DNA of 64,000 nt from Camelus dromedarius (taxonomy: Eukaryota). The number at the start of each line of letters is the position of its first letter. The first letter of the stretch is position 1. The notes under the pieces were generated by a model. The model saw nothing but the letters and a program-made list of their open reading frames with translations. It made no database searches and was not told where the DNA came from. Below, in pieces: positions 41,126 through 53,707 of the stretch. The stretch covers positions 96,102,001-96,166,000 of the forward strand of contig NC_087437.1 in the NCBI RefSeq assembly GCF_036321535.1, given 5' to 3'. The position numbers were made by a program, and so were the translations under genes.

Positions 41126-43129
41126 GACAATGGGAGCGAAGTTCTAGGCAAATGACTAATTTAAGTTTTCACTGAGGATTTCCTTACTGTCCTGATTCAA
41201 GTTATATCCTTCCCTAGCTCCTACGTGTTTTTTGCTGGTTGTTATAAAGGTTTTCTGAGATGTAGGCTACAGGTCCCTTATTTGGTTCACGTAGCCTTAT
41301 CACTCATCGGAACATACTCCAGTCCTTGACCATCTGTGATGAATGCCTATGTCTACGCACAGTCAAAACCCAAATGAAATCTGACATATACACAGAGTGG
41401 CTGGAGTTAATTTGTCCTCCCCTGGCTCCCACTTATTACAGAACGACCCGCTCAGTTAAGTGTTTTCAAGCTATGCATTCCTGTAGTTGGAAGTTATTAC
41501 ATGTTGATAGTTATCTTCGCTGACATTCACCAGCCTTGATATGCCAGGGAATTTTAAATGGAACTGAGAAACGAAGGCAATACAGTTATGCAGACACTAG
41601 AATGTGAAACAACACTCCAGCGGCTTAAAGAAATGGAATCAATGCAGCCCTAATAAAATATGAAGGCTTCCCAGCCTCAGATTCTATTATCTCCAGCGAT
41701 ACTCTAGTTGCCTGTCTCTTAAAAGTACAGATGCAATCCAGTTAGAAAAATGTCACAGCTCCCCTGTAAAAACGGCATGCTCTACACGCACAGTAATAAA
41801 GATTTCCTCTATCAGTGAACATTGTTGTCTTTGGTCCCTGGCACTGAGAAGTTTCCCCCCAAATCTCACAATCAGTTTGTTTGACAAGTGGGCTGATCTC
41901 AGCCACAACAGCAGCAAATATCTTCTTTAACTTTGGTAACTTGCCAAAATTAAATAAAAGAAGTGATCCAAGAAGAGCGATAAACAACGGAGCTCGGATG
42001 CTAGTCGGGCAGCCTGGCTTGGCATCTGTGTCCAGCGGCGTGCCTACATGTGCTATTGTCAAGGGCTTATTGCTGATAAATGACAGAGAGGTCACTGTTT
42101 CCCTGAACTCAATTGCAGAACCTCCTCATTCTTATAAGCACAGTCATGCCTGACAGACATTTAAAGGTATCTGTGACTGTCTAGGAACGTGAAGGCTGCA
42201 GCTCCAAGCTTAATGGGCAGAAATGTGCTCTAAAGGAAACAAGAGAATTATTTGAAAACCCGAGACCTCAAAACTTCCGACAGTGCCATGAGAGGGACTG
42301 AATTCATAAAAATGTAGGGCCCCAAACTCAGGGGGGTATTGTTTAATAGATTTCTTTACAGCAAAATCATTAGCTCCGCAAAGACTGTAAATCTAGCTAA
42401 GTTAGAAATCTGTGTCTCTCCTAATAAAGGGAGTTTTTTGCCTGGATCTTTTTCTCCCATTAAATCCCATTCAATCAGTCCTTAAAAAATACAGCCATGG
42501 AGTATGTGCTTGCTTAGAGGAGCTGAAGGAAGTAAGTCAACAAATAGCTGTAGAACTAGAAGGGACTCTGGCATTTCACTGGTTTCTTTCTCTTAGCTGT
42601 TTCTCCAGGACACCAGCCCAGAGACTGAGAGTAACACAAAGCAGCCCCGCTCACGGGTGTGCTGCGCTTGACCAGAACTTCCTGCCTCTGGGCCCCTTCC
42701 TCCACCCATTGCTCCTCCTCAATGTCGGTACATCGCAGATGCTGTTTCCTTAAATAGGGGCTGCTTTCCATTACGTTAATCTTCATGTGGCCAGAGTCCT
42801 AGCACTGACGGTGATTAGAGAGGACGAGGAGGAGGAAGGGGTCATGTTCCACATTCACTGCTTCTTAGGGGAGCAGGGCAAGCAGCAAGTGTATGACTAA
42901 GAGAAAACTGCTAACATTCCAATTAAGATCTTAAATGTTAAGGACTATTGACGAGGGATCTTACAGAACCCTAAAGTTAAAAGAGAATTAGACTACTCTG
43001 TGTTTCAAAGGGAAAAAACAAGCCTATAGTCCAAAGAGGGCTTTAAAATCAGACCATATCTTTGTTTTTAGTCTTTGTTTTGAAGCTCACTCCCACCCCC
43101 ACCTTCCATCCCCAAGATTAGATGTTCCA

Positions 43130-43625
43130 GCCCCATGTCAGTTTTCTCTATTCCCTCTTTGTTCATCTTTTTATTCTTCCTAACAGAATTCTTTGTTTTT
43201 CAACAAAGCAATATTCTTAGCTAAATATTTGCTTTCCCAGACTGCTTTGTTGCTGACAGGTGTTGGGAGGTGGGGAGAGTGGTTGAAAGGGAACATATGT
43301 GGTCCAACCAGGCTGAGATCTAGCTTAAGTTATAGGAGAAGGGAAGAAGGGTTCTAGGAAAGCTCTATTTTTCCAGGCGACAGAGGATGACTAGTATGGC
43401 CTTTCTGTCTTTCCTCTTCATCTTGGCTGAGGAATATGTGTGATACTTGGAGCTGCAGCAGCCCCTTTGCAACCATGAGGGAATGGCATAATTGATTCTC
43501 TGAACCATATGCAGTAAGTACCTAATGTGAGCTTCTTTGTTATGCCATAAAAATTAATTTTTTTTGTCTAAAATATTGCCATTGTGTTTTCTATTACTTG
43601 CAATGGAGAACGTTCCCAACTGATG
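43130..43625 (+). mobile_element. Old MaLR MLT1 LTR remnant
   Basis: tttcccagactgctttg...tggagctgcagcagcccctttgcaaccatgagg...ttttctattacttgca. Confidence 0.65.
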
Positions 43626-45176
43626 CATTCCCTCAAGGTGCCCCTGTTATTTGGCCATGACTTCTCATGGGATGGCCATTTTGAAATGAATGTCTCCTCT
43701 TTCCTGGTGTGAAATGTGTTATTCTGCCTCTAAGAGGAAGATCAACTATAACCTTTCCTGTTACTTCCTCCCTAAAATCCTCCAAGAGTTATTCATTCCA
43801 CACCTTTAGGTGTCCTCGCAGCTATCTGTACCTACATTCCTTAGATACTTCTTATAAGCCAGTGATAATCCTGTATATGACCTGCACGTCCCCGACTCTG
43901 AGGTGATATTAGCATTAATATTCACTTGCTATCCCAGTTCCCTCCGGATTCACGGTCTTACAAGCTCCTGCGAAAACAACCCGCCCATTTCTGAAACACT
44001 GTGGACATTGCATGGATAACAAGATGAGTCCCTGCCTCCTGGCGCTACTGCCCCAGCCTCAGGCCTCTACTGGTGAGCTTTTCTATCACTGGGCATTTGT
44101 TGGATCTGATGAGTGTCTCAGCTCCCGTTCTACCTGCCACAAAGGCTCCCTCCTGCTGGGAGAACAAGGTCCTGCTCTGGGTACTGAAGTCTAGGGCAGC
44201 CTGAGGCTGCAAAGCCACTAACATGACAGAGCACATGATGCTCCCAGCTGAAAGCGGGGGCCTCAGCTTTAGTGTCTCATGTTTGTTTCTCCAGGTTGCA
44301 GCTCAGATCTGGTCCCAACGTCTCCCAGGAGACCAGATGCCAATACAGCCCAGCTTCTCCTGTGTCCCTCCTCTGTGTTCTTTTTCCCTGTGATTCGAGC
44401 ACAAATCTTTCCTCTTCCTCTTCTGCTCCTTCTCAGGAATGCACGTATTTTGGCTCCCTGGCATAGTGCGCATGGGCGACATATTTTTCAAGCAGGCAGG
44501 CTATGATTCCCAGCCTGGTGTCAGAGCTGGGGCACAGTGACACACTGCTTTCACAAAGGATTTTTTTTTTAAACAACATTTTACTTTCTTCTGAGACTTG
44601 GAGTTTTAGGGTTTTTTTTTTCTATTTGTTTGTTTTTGTTTTTCTTTTTTTCTTTCTCTGTCCCTGCACAGGATCTGACATACAGTGGGACCTTGAACAA
44701 TGGTTAACAATAAATGAGATTTAAAAAAGGCTAAATTACAATGTCCAAATCTGTCCAGTTAGATAATGTCAGAGCCAGAGCTTGAAGAAGTTCCTTTGAT
44801 TTCTAATCCCACACTTACATTCCTCTGGATGAACTTAATGAGAGCTTGAAGCATAAGGAAAACAGAGCTGACAACATTGTTAGCTTGGGGCTTTTCCTTC
44901 AAGAAAGAAAACATATCTCTTATCTGCAATGAAAACTAGGACTTATAGTTTGATGGAAGTAGTGGAAATTATCATTTCCTATAGGTGACTTGTGCCCTGC
45001 CTCAGTGTCCTAGCAGGCCATGTGCTTTGAAAGCCCATGGATTATTCTAGAAAGCTCAGTGGAGGTCAACTCTGCTTCTGATAAAGAATTTACAAGGTCC
45101 AAAGATAGTCAGTGGTCCACAGGACGGGGAAAAAACATGTGTCAGATTAGTGCATGTGAAAAAGAACCTCACTTAT

Positions 45177-45204
45177 ACACACAGACACACACACACACAC
45201 ACAC
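45177..45204 (+). repeat. (CA)n microsatellite
   Basis: Directly visible. Confidence 0.9.
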
Positions 45205-45606
45205 AGATACCGCTTCCTAAAAACGTATCTCAGCAAACTCAGAAGACAGAGCAACAGGAACTAACAGAAGCAGAAAGACAGCAATTAATACTGGAGTTGC
45301 CCTGGCAACTGGTGAAGGGGAAGAAAAGCTACTGCCAAGTGATTCACGCGGTAGCAACAGTCCTCACGAGATCCCCGCAGCAGCGTCATTAGCCATCTGG
45401 CTTTAAAAACAGGAGCGAGGAGTAGTGCCCGGCTGTGCGTTATTGTATTCGTGCTTCACCCTATCCCCCCACATCCAGCCTTCTGATCCAAACTGATGCG
45501 AATTCAGGGGTTTTTTTTAAGGACAAAAGTTACATAGAGTGTATTAAGCTAGGGGATACAGGAATTTTTTTTCTTTTTCTATCATCTAAAGTTTTAAAAC
45601 AAGGCT

Positions 45607-47729
45607 TGTGTCAGCCAGTTCAGGCTGCCATAACAAAAATATCAGAGACCAATTTGAGTTAAATAGCAGAAATTTATTCTCTCACGATCTGGAGGATGGA
45701 AGTCTCAGATAAAGGTACTGGAAGGTTTGGTCCCTGGTGAGAACTCTCTTCCTGGCTTGCAGACAACCACTTTCTAGACACATCTTCTTGTTGCCTGTCT
45801 TCTGTGGCATGTGGAGAGAGCGATCTCTTTCTCTTATTATAAGGCCAACAGTCATGTCAGGTTAGAGCCCCACCCAAATGACCTTATTTAACCTTAGTTA
45901 CCTCCTGAAGACCCTGTCTTCAAATACAGTCACACAGAGGGTGAGGGCTTCAGCACTGCAGTTTTGGGTGAGAATTCTGTCCCTAGCTTAAAATTCATGT
46001 CTTTCTCAAAAGTAAAATACATGCATTACACCCAACATTCCCCAAAGACTTAATTCATTGCAGCATAAAGTGTAAAGTTCAAAGTCTCATCTAAATATCA
46101 TCAAAATCAGATATGGGTGGGACTAAATGTACCCTTCACCCTGAGCCAGCATTCCTCTCCAGCCATGAACCTGTGAAACCAGACAAGTCATGTGCTTCTA
46201 GAGTAAAATGGCGGGACAGGCCTAGGATGGACATCCCTGTTCCCAAAGGGAGAAATTGGAAAAAGAAAGGGTGACAGGCCTCACGCTACTCCAAAAGCTA
46301 GCAGGGCAAATTTCATTAGATCTTAAGGCTCAAAAATAATCCCCTTTGCTTTGATGCTCTCCCCTCCAGGCACAATGGGGTGGCAGCATCACCTCGTGGC
46401 TCTACAGGGCAGCCCACCCGTTGGCTCTATGGGGTGACCGCACCCACATGACTCACTGTGGAGGCCCCCCATGCAGTTGTCTGTGTTGGCTCCTTCCACT
46501 GCGAGGAGAAGGCAGCCTTGCACCCCACGCCTGTGGCGAGAGTGGCATCCCTCAAGATCTCTGAGTTGACTTTAGGGGTCATTCTTCCCTTTTCGGTTAA
46601 CACATGTTCACATTTCTTCACTGGTCTGGTGTCGCGTCTCTATCCCTGCCCTCTACTGAGGTGGCTGATAAAATCATGCTTTGCTCTCATACTAACCTCT
46701 TCATCAAATGGTTGTTCAGATACACCCTTAATGTTCTCTCCAGAACAGGCCTTCTCACTTTTGGTAATATAGATAGGCTGAGAACTTTCCAAATCTTCAA
46801 ATTCTGGTTCCTTGTTACTGAATAATTCCTTCTGTAACTCATCTCTCGCCTCTCACATTTTACTATAACCAGTCTGGATGAACCGAGCTGCTCTGTCAAC
46901 ACTTTGCTTAGAAATCTCCTCAGCTGCATATCCAAGGTCATTGCTTGCAAGTTCTACTTTCCACAAAACACTTGAACTTGCACACAATTCAGCCATTTTC
47001 TTTGCCATTTTATAACAAGGATTGCCTTCCCTCAAGTTTCTGAGAACGTGTTCCACCTTTCCATCCGGGATCTCACCAGAATGGTCTTCAACAGCCATAT
47101 TTCCACTGATACTCTGTTCGTGATTCTTCATGGGTTTTCTAAGATGATGGAAGCTTTCTCTCCAGCTCTCCTCTCTTTCTGAGCTCTCATCAAAATGACC
47201 TTTAACATTCATGTTTCTGTCACAGTCCCTTCACCACAACTGGGGCTTTGTCTAGCATGCCAAAATCTTCCAGATTCTCCTGGTTACTCAGTTCCAATGG
47301 CACTTCCACGTTTTTAGGTATTTGTTACAGCGACATTCCACTTCTCGGTATCAAAATCTGTATTCGTCAGATTGGGCTTCCATAACAAATACCATAGGCA
47401 GGGGGCCAAAACAACAGAAATTTATTTCTCACAGCCCTGGTGGCTGGAAGTCTCATATCAAGGTGCAGCAGGGGTGGTTTCTGGCGAGAAACGCTTGCTG
47501 GCTTGCAGACAGCCTCCTTCACACTGTTTTCCACATGGCCTGCCCTCTGTGGCATGCCTCTCTCCTACTCTTTTTATAAGACTGCCAGTTGTATTGAATT
47601 AGGGCCCCACCCTTATGACCTCATTTAACTTTAATTAGCTCCTGAGGCTCTGTCTCCAAATACAGTCACATGTGGAGTTAGGACTTCAACGCACAATTTG
47701 GGGAGGGGAGCACAACTCAACTCCTATCA
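45607..47729 (-). mobile_element. Near full-length MaLR provirus: MLT1 LTR (45607-~45987), internal region (~45988-47358), MLT1 LTR (47359-47729)
   Basis: Two homologous LTRs in direct orientation with 5-bp TSD aggct/agact. The internal ORF 46853-47212 (GNPCYKMAKKMAELC...LWKVELASNDLGYAAEEISKQ) is the typical MaLR internal gag-like remnant. Confidence 0.9.
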
Positions 47730-47739
47730 AGACTGTGTA

Positions 47740-47985
47740 ACATACAACTTTTTCTAAAACATGATGAAAAGGAAACAACTGTTTCCTGGGCTCAGTACGT
47801 ATACATGAGTGGACACGTGCTATTTACACTGAAATTAAATAAAATAAAAAATTCAGTTTCTAACCACAGTAACACAATTCAAGAGCTCAATAGCTACAAG
47901 TGTCTATACTGGACACAACATATTGGACACAACGGGTATAGAATATTTTCATTATTGCAGAAGGTCTTACTGGAAATAGCTGATT
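47740..47985. mobile_element. hAT MITE (MER3/MER33-like)
   Basis: aaaaattcagtttc...caagagctcaatagctacaagtg...tattggaca...tagaatattttcattattgcagaaggt. Confidence 0.7.
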
Positions 47986-49625
47986 TACACTCAAAAGTTT
48001 AGAGAACTAAAAAAACTTTTGTTTATGCAGGTTATAACTATTGATACTTACTGTATTAGAAAATTAAATGATGAATAAAATATTTGTTAATATATTTTAA
48101 AATAACTATAGTACCCACTTTACATATCTTTTTCTAGCTTGATAGAAGATTGTTAGATTTTCACATACACTTCTATGTTTAATCTGTTGCTATATGTTTT
48201 ATTAGTTGAAGTATAGCCTGTCTTACACACATATGCAGTTGGAAAAGCAAAGAGTATTTTGATAGTCTTTCCACATAATGATGGCCATTCTTCTTTTAAT
48301 ACTATATAAAACGTGACAAGTGGAATTTTCCAAAATTCAGTTGCAATATGAAATTTGAAAACGTATCAATGAACGTTTAAAACTCTGTTACATTAACATC
48401 CATTAGCGCATCATGCACTTTGAATAGATCCTTTGTCTTTAAACATCATGCGTTGGCCAGTTAGAAAATATTGACTCATCAAGTTGTGCAGATCTTCCAA
48501 TTGTTGGCTCACTTTGTTAGGTAATTTCAAAAATCATATATGCCAATATCATGCCTAGTTTTACCAGGAAAACCTTTAAGAATTAGAAAGTTGTCAAGTT
48601 CATGGTGACACATACATGTTCTCAAAAATTCTAATTTGTGCTTGAGAGCTCAGATTTTATCATTCATAATACTCTCACGTATTTTGCTTAAGTGTCAGGC
48701 TCACTTCCTTTGTTTTTTAAAAAAATCTGCCAAGTATTTACATCTGAACAGCTATTACTTGTCTGTTAGTCGTTATTATAAGGAAATGTGTTCGGTTTTT
48801 AAAAATGGGTAGTTCAATCGCACATGTGTTTTTTCCGGGAACTCCCATTTGTACCTTGGTCTGGAGCAGAAGTGTTTTATAAGTACTTCCCATCCACTTC
48901 TTCACACGGAAGTTAGAAAGACATACACTCAGATTTAATAAAATTAATACTTCTTTAAACTATTTCACTAAAATATTCTTACTATTTACTGTAACTGTGT
49001 GATGGTAAATGTTATGGGCTGAATTCTGTCCCTCCAAATTCAGATGTTGAATTTTTAACCCCTAGTAGTTCAGAATGCGACTATGTTTGGAGATAGGGTC
49101 TTTAAAGAAATAACTGAGTTAAAATGGGCACATTAGAATGGGCCCTAAATCCATATGACTAATGTCCTTACATGAAGAAGATATTAAAACACAGAGGGAA
49201 GCCCTGGAAAGACACAAGAAGAAGTCAGCTATCTACAAGCCGAGAAGAGAAGCCTCAGAAGGAACTAACCCTGTCCACACTTTGATCTTGGACATCTAGT
49301 CTCCAGAACTCTGAGGAAATGTGTTTCTGTTTTTTAAGCCACCTAGTCTGTGTCATTTGTTACGGTAGCCCTCACAAACTAATACAATGGATACAGTGGA
49401 AAACACAATGACTACTAGTATAGTTTGGTGCTACTAACTTGATTTGTGCTGAAGGAGTAGCAGTTTCACCCAGCTCCACTTTTGCAATTATCTTTGCAAG
49501 TATCAACCCAGTGAAAAAGACAAATGACGTCTTAGTATTATTATGAAAATAGTGTTGAACTCACAATCTCTCTGAAAGTGTCTTGAGGATGCCCAGGGTA
49601 CTGGAAAGATACTTTGAGAACCACT
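47985..49625. mobile_element. hAT-Charlie1-like DNA transposon remnant with a nested MLT1 LTR
   Basis: gtgaaaaagacaaatgacgtcttagtattattatgaaaatagt...actttgagaaccact terminal motif. Confidence 0.75.
49010..49386 (+). mobile_element. MaLR MLT1A/B-like solo LTR nested in the Charlie element
   Basis: TGTTATGGGCTGAATT...tttggagatagggtcttta...tttaagccacctagtctgtg...AAACTAATACA. Confidence 0.9.
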
Positions 49626-52600
49626 AGATTATACACATTATACACTTTTTTTTTAGTATTATTATTCCTTGCCTGTCCCATCGGGGGGTCTATTAAACTC
49701 CATCGTTTCTAAAACGTCTGGTAATTCACATAAATCTGAGAAGATCTCAAGATGTTTATTTCCACTGGGTTTTTTCAGAATCTGTATAAAGCATGATTTC
49801 TTCAAAAATAACTAACATCACAGATAAGTCTCCTTTGACCAAATCCTTAAATGAAAAAATAATTTTGAACAAAGTTTTGAAACAGTATGCCATTTTTCTA
49901 TCAAACAAATTTAATTAGAAAGAGCGGGTAGGATTTGGGCAAAATTATTCCACAACTAATTACATGTATTTTGTTGCCAACTCATTCACTGCAACTACTC
50001 TGGAACTATTTACCCACTGGCCGCTTGTTAAGTTATATTAAATCTTATTTTTAAATGACTTCCTCTGGGTCATATGCTGTTTCTTCCATCCAAAAGCATT
50101 AACTGATACATGGGGGTATTGTATTGAAAATATTTAAGGAAAATTATAACTTTGTCTTTTAATTTACTTCTTGTTTTTAATATGAAATTTAACAATGTGG
50201 ACCAACAATTAGGAAAAAATAAATGTAAGTTGTCTTATTACTGTAAACAAGAAAATTAGAATTAAAATATTAAAAAGATTGAAATCTGTTGCCAAGTTTT
50301 TTGCGATAATTGCCACTGAGGAGTGATTGTACTAAACAAAACCAGTGTGTATATCCCACATTCATGAACATGTGTATGGAGAACCTCAGTGAATGAGTGG
50401 GTACGCATTTCCCTGATGTATTCCTTGTTTCATAAGAGTATGTTGGGTGACTGCTTGCGGGCTAAATGGATTGAAGTACATGTTCCACAGCAGAGCTGAG
50501 TTTCTTTAGAGGTAAGTCCTTTTGTGAGAGCACACACAGGAATCATTTTACAAGGACAATTTCTTCCTTATATTGCAGACTTGGGCATTTGCCAGAAGCT
50601 TAGGGTGATGCAAGGATCTTCACCCAGGAACACATTGACTCTGTTTGCTCCCTAAGTATATGTTGCTTAAGTGGATTGACCTCTCCAGGTAAAAAATATT
50701 GGCCTACTGCCTACACTTTACCACCACCAATAAAATTGCCTTGGATAAGGTAGTATTTACTGTGACTTCAATCCTCAGCTTTTATAAAGGGTTTATATTA
50801 AATAATGATCTGTTTGAAAAACAGTCTTCTGACTTCCGCAATGCTGCAGTTGATAGTTCTACTGGCTTACTTACCATTATTAAAAAAAAAAATCTCCTAC
50901 TAAATTTTTTCTTGCTTGAGATTGTAGCAGAATAAATATGTTTGTCTCTTCAGAGGAATTTTATGTCATTTATTCTGACATAAATAGGTGAAAGGATGTG
51001 TTATAATGTTTTACTCCTCTTAGGTGGGTTTAAGCCCTAACCTTACTTTTCAAAAGCCATGTGCCTAGTGGCTTCTAAACACACTTTTGCTACCCTCTAT
51101 TCTGTTTCCACTACAAACTAGCTTATTTTGCAACACATTTAGACTTTGGTAGGGTATTTAGCCAAAAGGAACGAAAAGTCACACTGCCGTTCAACTCAAT
51201 GTGGTGAAATAATTCAGTGGGTGCCAGTATATTCAAATCAGTTTAGGCAGCCCCTCAGTTCAGTGTTGAGTCAGAAACTGGCAGCTAGAAAAGGGACATA
51301 AAGACGTGATGTTTCAGTGTTAATACATTTTAAAAATAATTCACAACATTCCTTTAGAAACCCTCTCTCAAATCTCAAGTGGTTGTGAAAATAAACATAC
51401 ACATCTTCGAGGAAAAAAAAATCATTTCTAACAGCACTAAATCTAAATATGGAAAACTTGAAATCCCTGAGGACAAGCTATAACTAGAGGACGCTATCAA
51501 ATAAAGTGGTGAGTAGGTATAGTTTATGCCTGGGGAGCTAATCTAGCAAACTCACATTCATGAGTATGTTGTATATTTGCCCCTAAACCTCATAGCAACT
51601 TTATTTTGTCAGCAAATGGCTTTGTGTACCATTTGTATGTGTGTGTTTATGAATGTGTGTGGGTATGACAAAATTAACGTTCTTGGGCATTTTAAACTAT
51701 GGAGTCACTTTAGAAGAGACATTTGCAGGGAATGGATGATTAATAATATTTTGCCATTTCATAATTATCCATACTTAGTGTTATGCTTTAATTATTTTTC
51801 ATGTTTCTAAGCTTTTCTGTTGTTGGTCTTTAATAAGAGATAATCAACAACTCATTAGGAGCCTGGGGGGAGGCAGAATGGGAGGGGGAAATGCAGGAAG
51901 ACCACGATCTGCTTTCAGTACCGTTTTCCCTACACAGTTTTATTGCGCATCATTATCTTTGTTTTCATTCATCTCTTCTTTCCAGGATATAGCTTTATTT
52001 GCTTGTGCTTCTTTTGTGGTCGGTCCTCAGGCAGATTACTGTATCAGATTTATCAGCATTGTGTATTGTTTTTAATTGTCCCTAATGAAGTTCCTATTCG
52101 GGCCCTGGGGTCTGGTCTTGCTCTGCTGCATTCAATTGCACATGTATAGAGAGTCGCCCTGCCCCACTTCAGATTGTGTTCATCATAATTGGTCTCATTC
52201 CACTTCTGTCTGGTATTTCCTGTTGTCGTTTACATGAAACTCCACACTTTCTAAGTGCGAATATTTCACACTCTGTTATAATGATGATATTCATTTAGTT
52301 TGCAGATTTTGGCTTATATAGATAGCATTCTTTATTTGGAAACATCACATGCATGGCAAGCTGGGTACATAGAATTTAAAGATAGAATTGAATTTTCCCA
52401 TTTACAGAAGTGCAAATCCCCTCTGAGGGTGAGATGTTCCTACCTGCCCAGAATGGACGAAGCAGCATGCGCTTTTGCAGAGGGAACGTGAAGCCCTCAT
52501 TTAATTCCTTTGTTTAGGAGGAATGGAGACTCTCTGGGGCATTATTCAGTCTGGGGTGCCTGGTGTGACCCCTAGAGTCTGAGTTAGTGGCCACCTTCCA

Positions 52601-53573
52601 TGCCTCTCTATCGCTATATCACGGATTCCATCAGTTGGAAGAGTTGGTTCAGCTGGCTGGTTCTCTCATGAGACTGCAGTTTCCTGTAGACTGAGGACGG
52701 TTTTGTGTCGGCTTCCTCTCCTCCAGGTTATCTTCTATCCATTCTTCCCATTTAAGGCCAAACTCAATCCCTTCTCGCTGACGTCTCACCTGACCTTACC
52801 AGCCTTCCGTGCTCTCTCCTACCTGTTGAGTCCTGAAATGGATTTCTGCAACTTTTACAGTCTGATACTGCTGGCTCCACTTTCCACCTCTAATGTAATG
52901 TGCATGCCTTAGTTTATGATGAGATCATACTATTTATCATTGCCAGCCCCCCGCTACACTGTGCCAAGCACAATGCCATGTATACATTTTTCATTCATTT
53001 TAAAACAACATTTGGTCATGCAAACAGCAAGGTATCCATTCCTTTATATATATATAGATATATATGTGTACATGAGTTTATGTACACAAACATGAATATA
53101 AATGCCTATATATAAATGAGTGTATGTGCACATATAGAAAAATAAAAATCCTTACATATAAACATAAGTGCACCAGTGTGTGTATAAATATCATATAATG
53201 TGTCTACAAGAAACAGATTGCGTAAAGCATTATTCAGTCTGGGATACCTGCCTGGATCCTCAGAGTCTTCATTAGGTGCCCCTTTTCTCTTTCCATGAGT
53301 GTGTTCATCATATCTTAGATTCTACTCAGTTGAAAATTATCTGTATATGTATATAGGTTTGTATGTATGTGTGCATATGTATATGTGTATGTGTATATAT
53401 GTGTGTGTATCTCCCACTACATTTATTAGCTACATATTACATTTTAAGTATTATAATGCTTTTTATTTGGAATATTATTAAATGCATCCAAAATATCTTT
53501 CCACTTGAGATTCAATGAGAAAAACAGCTCTTATCATTGTTATAAATTTTAACTTTTATTGTAGTAACTAATC

Positions 53574-53707
53574 GGGGGGAGGGTATAGCTCAAGTGGTAG
53601 AGTGCTTGTTTAGCATGCTTGAGGTCCTGGGTTCAATCCCCAATACCTCCTCTAAAAATAAATGAACCTAGTTACCTCCCCCCCCCACCAAAATAAAATA
53701 ATTAAAT
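53574..53707 (+). mobile_element. tRNA-derived SINE (camelid type)
   Basis: ggggggagggtatagctcaagtggtagagtg (A box), gggttcaatccc (B box), A-rich tail and flanking tagtaactaa/taataactaa. Confidence 0.92.

Noticed and set aside
53574..53650. tRNA gene (also at 8045-8114 and 37525-37597)
   Set aside because: A and B boxes are present, but with A-rich tails, flanking duplications and no intact cloverleaf. These are SINEs.
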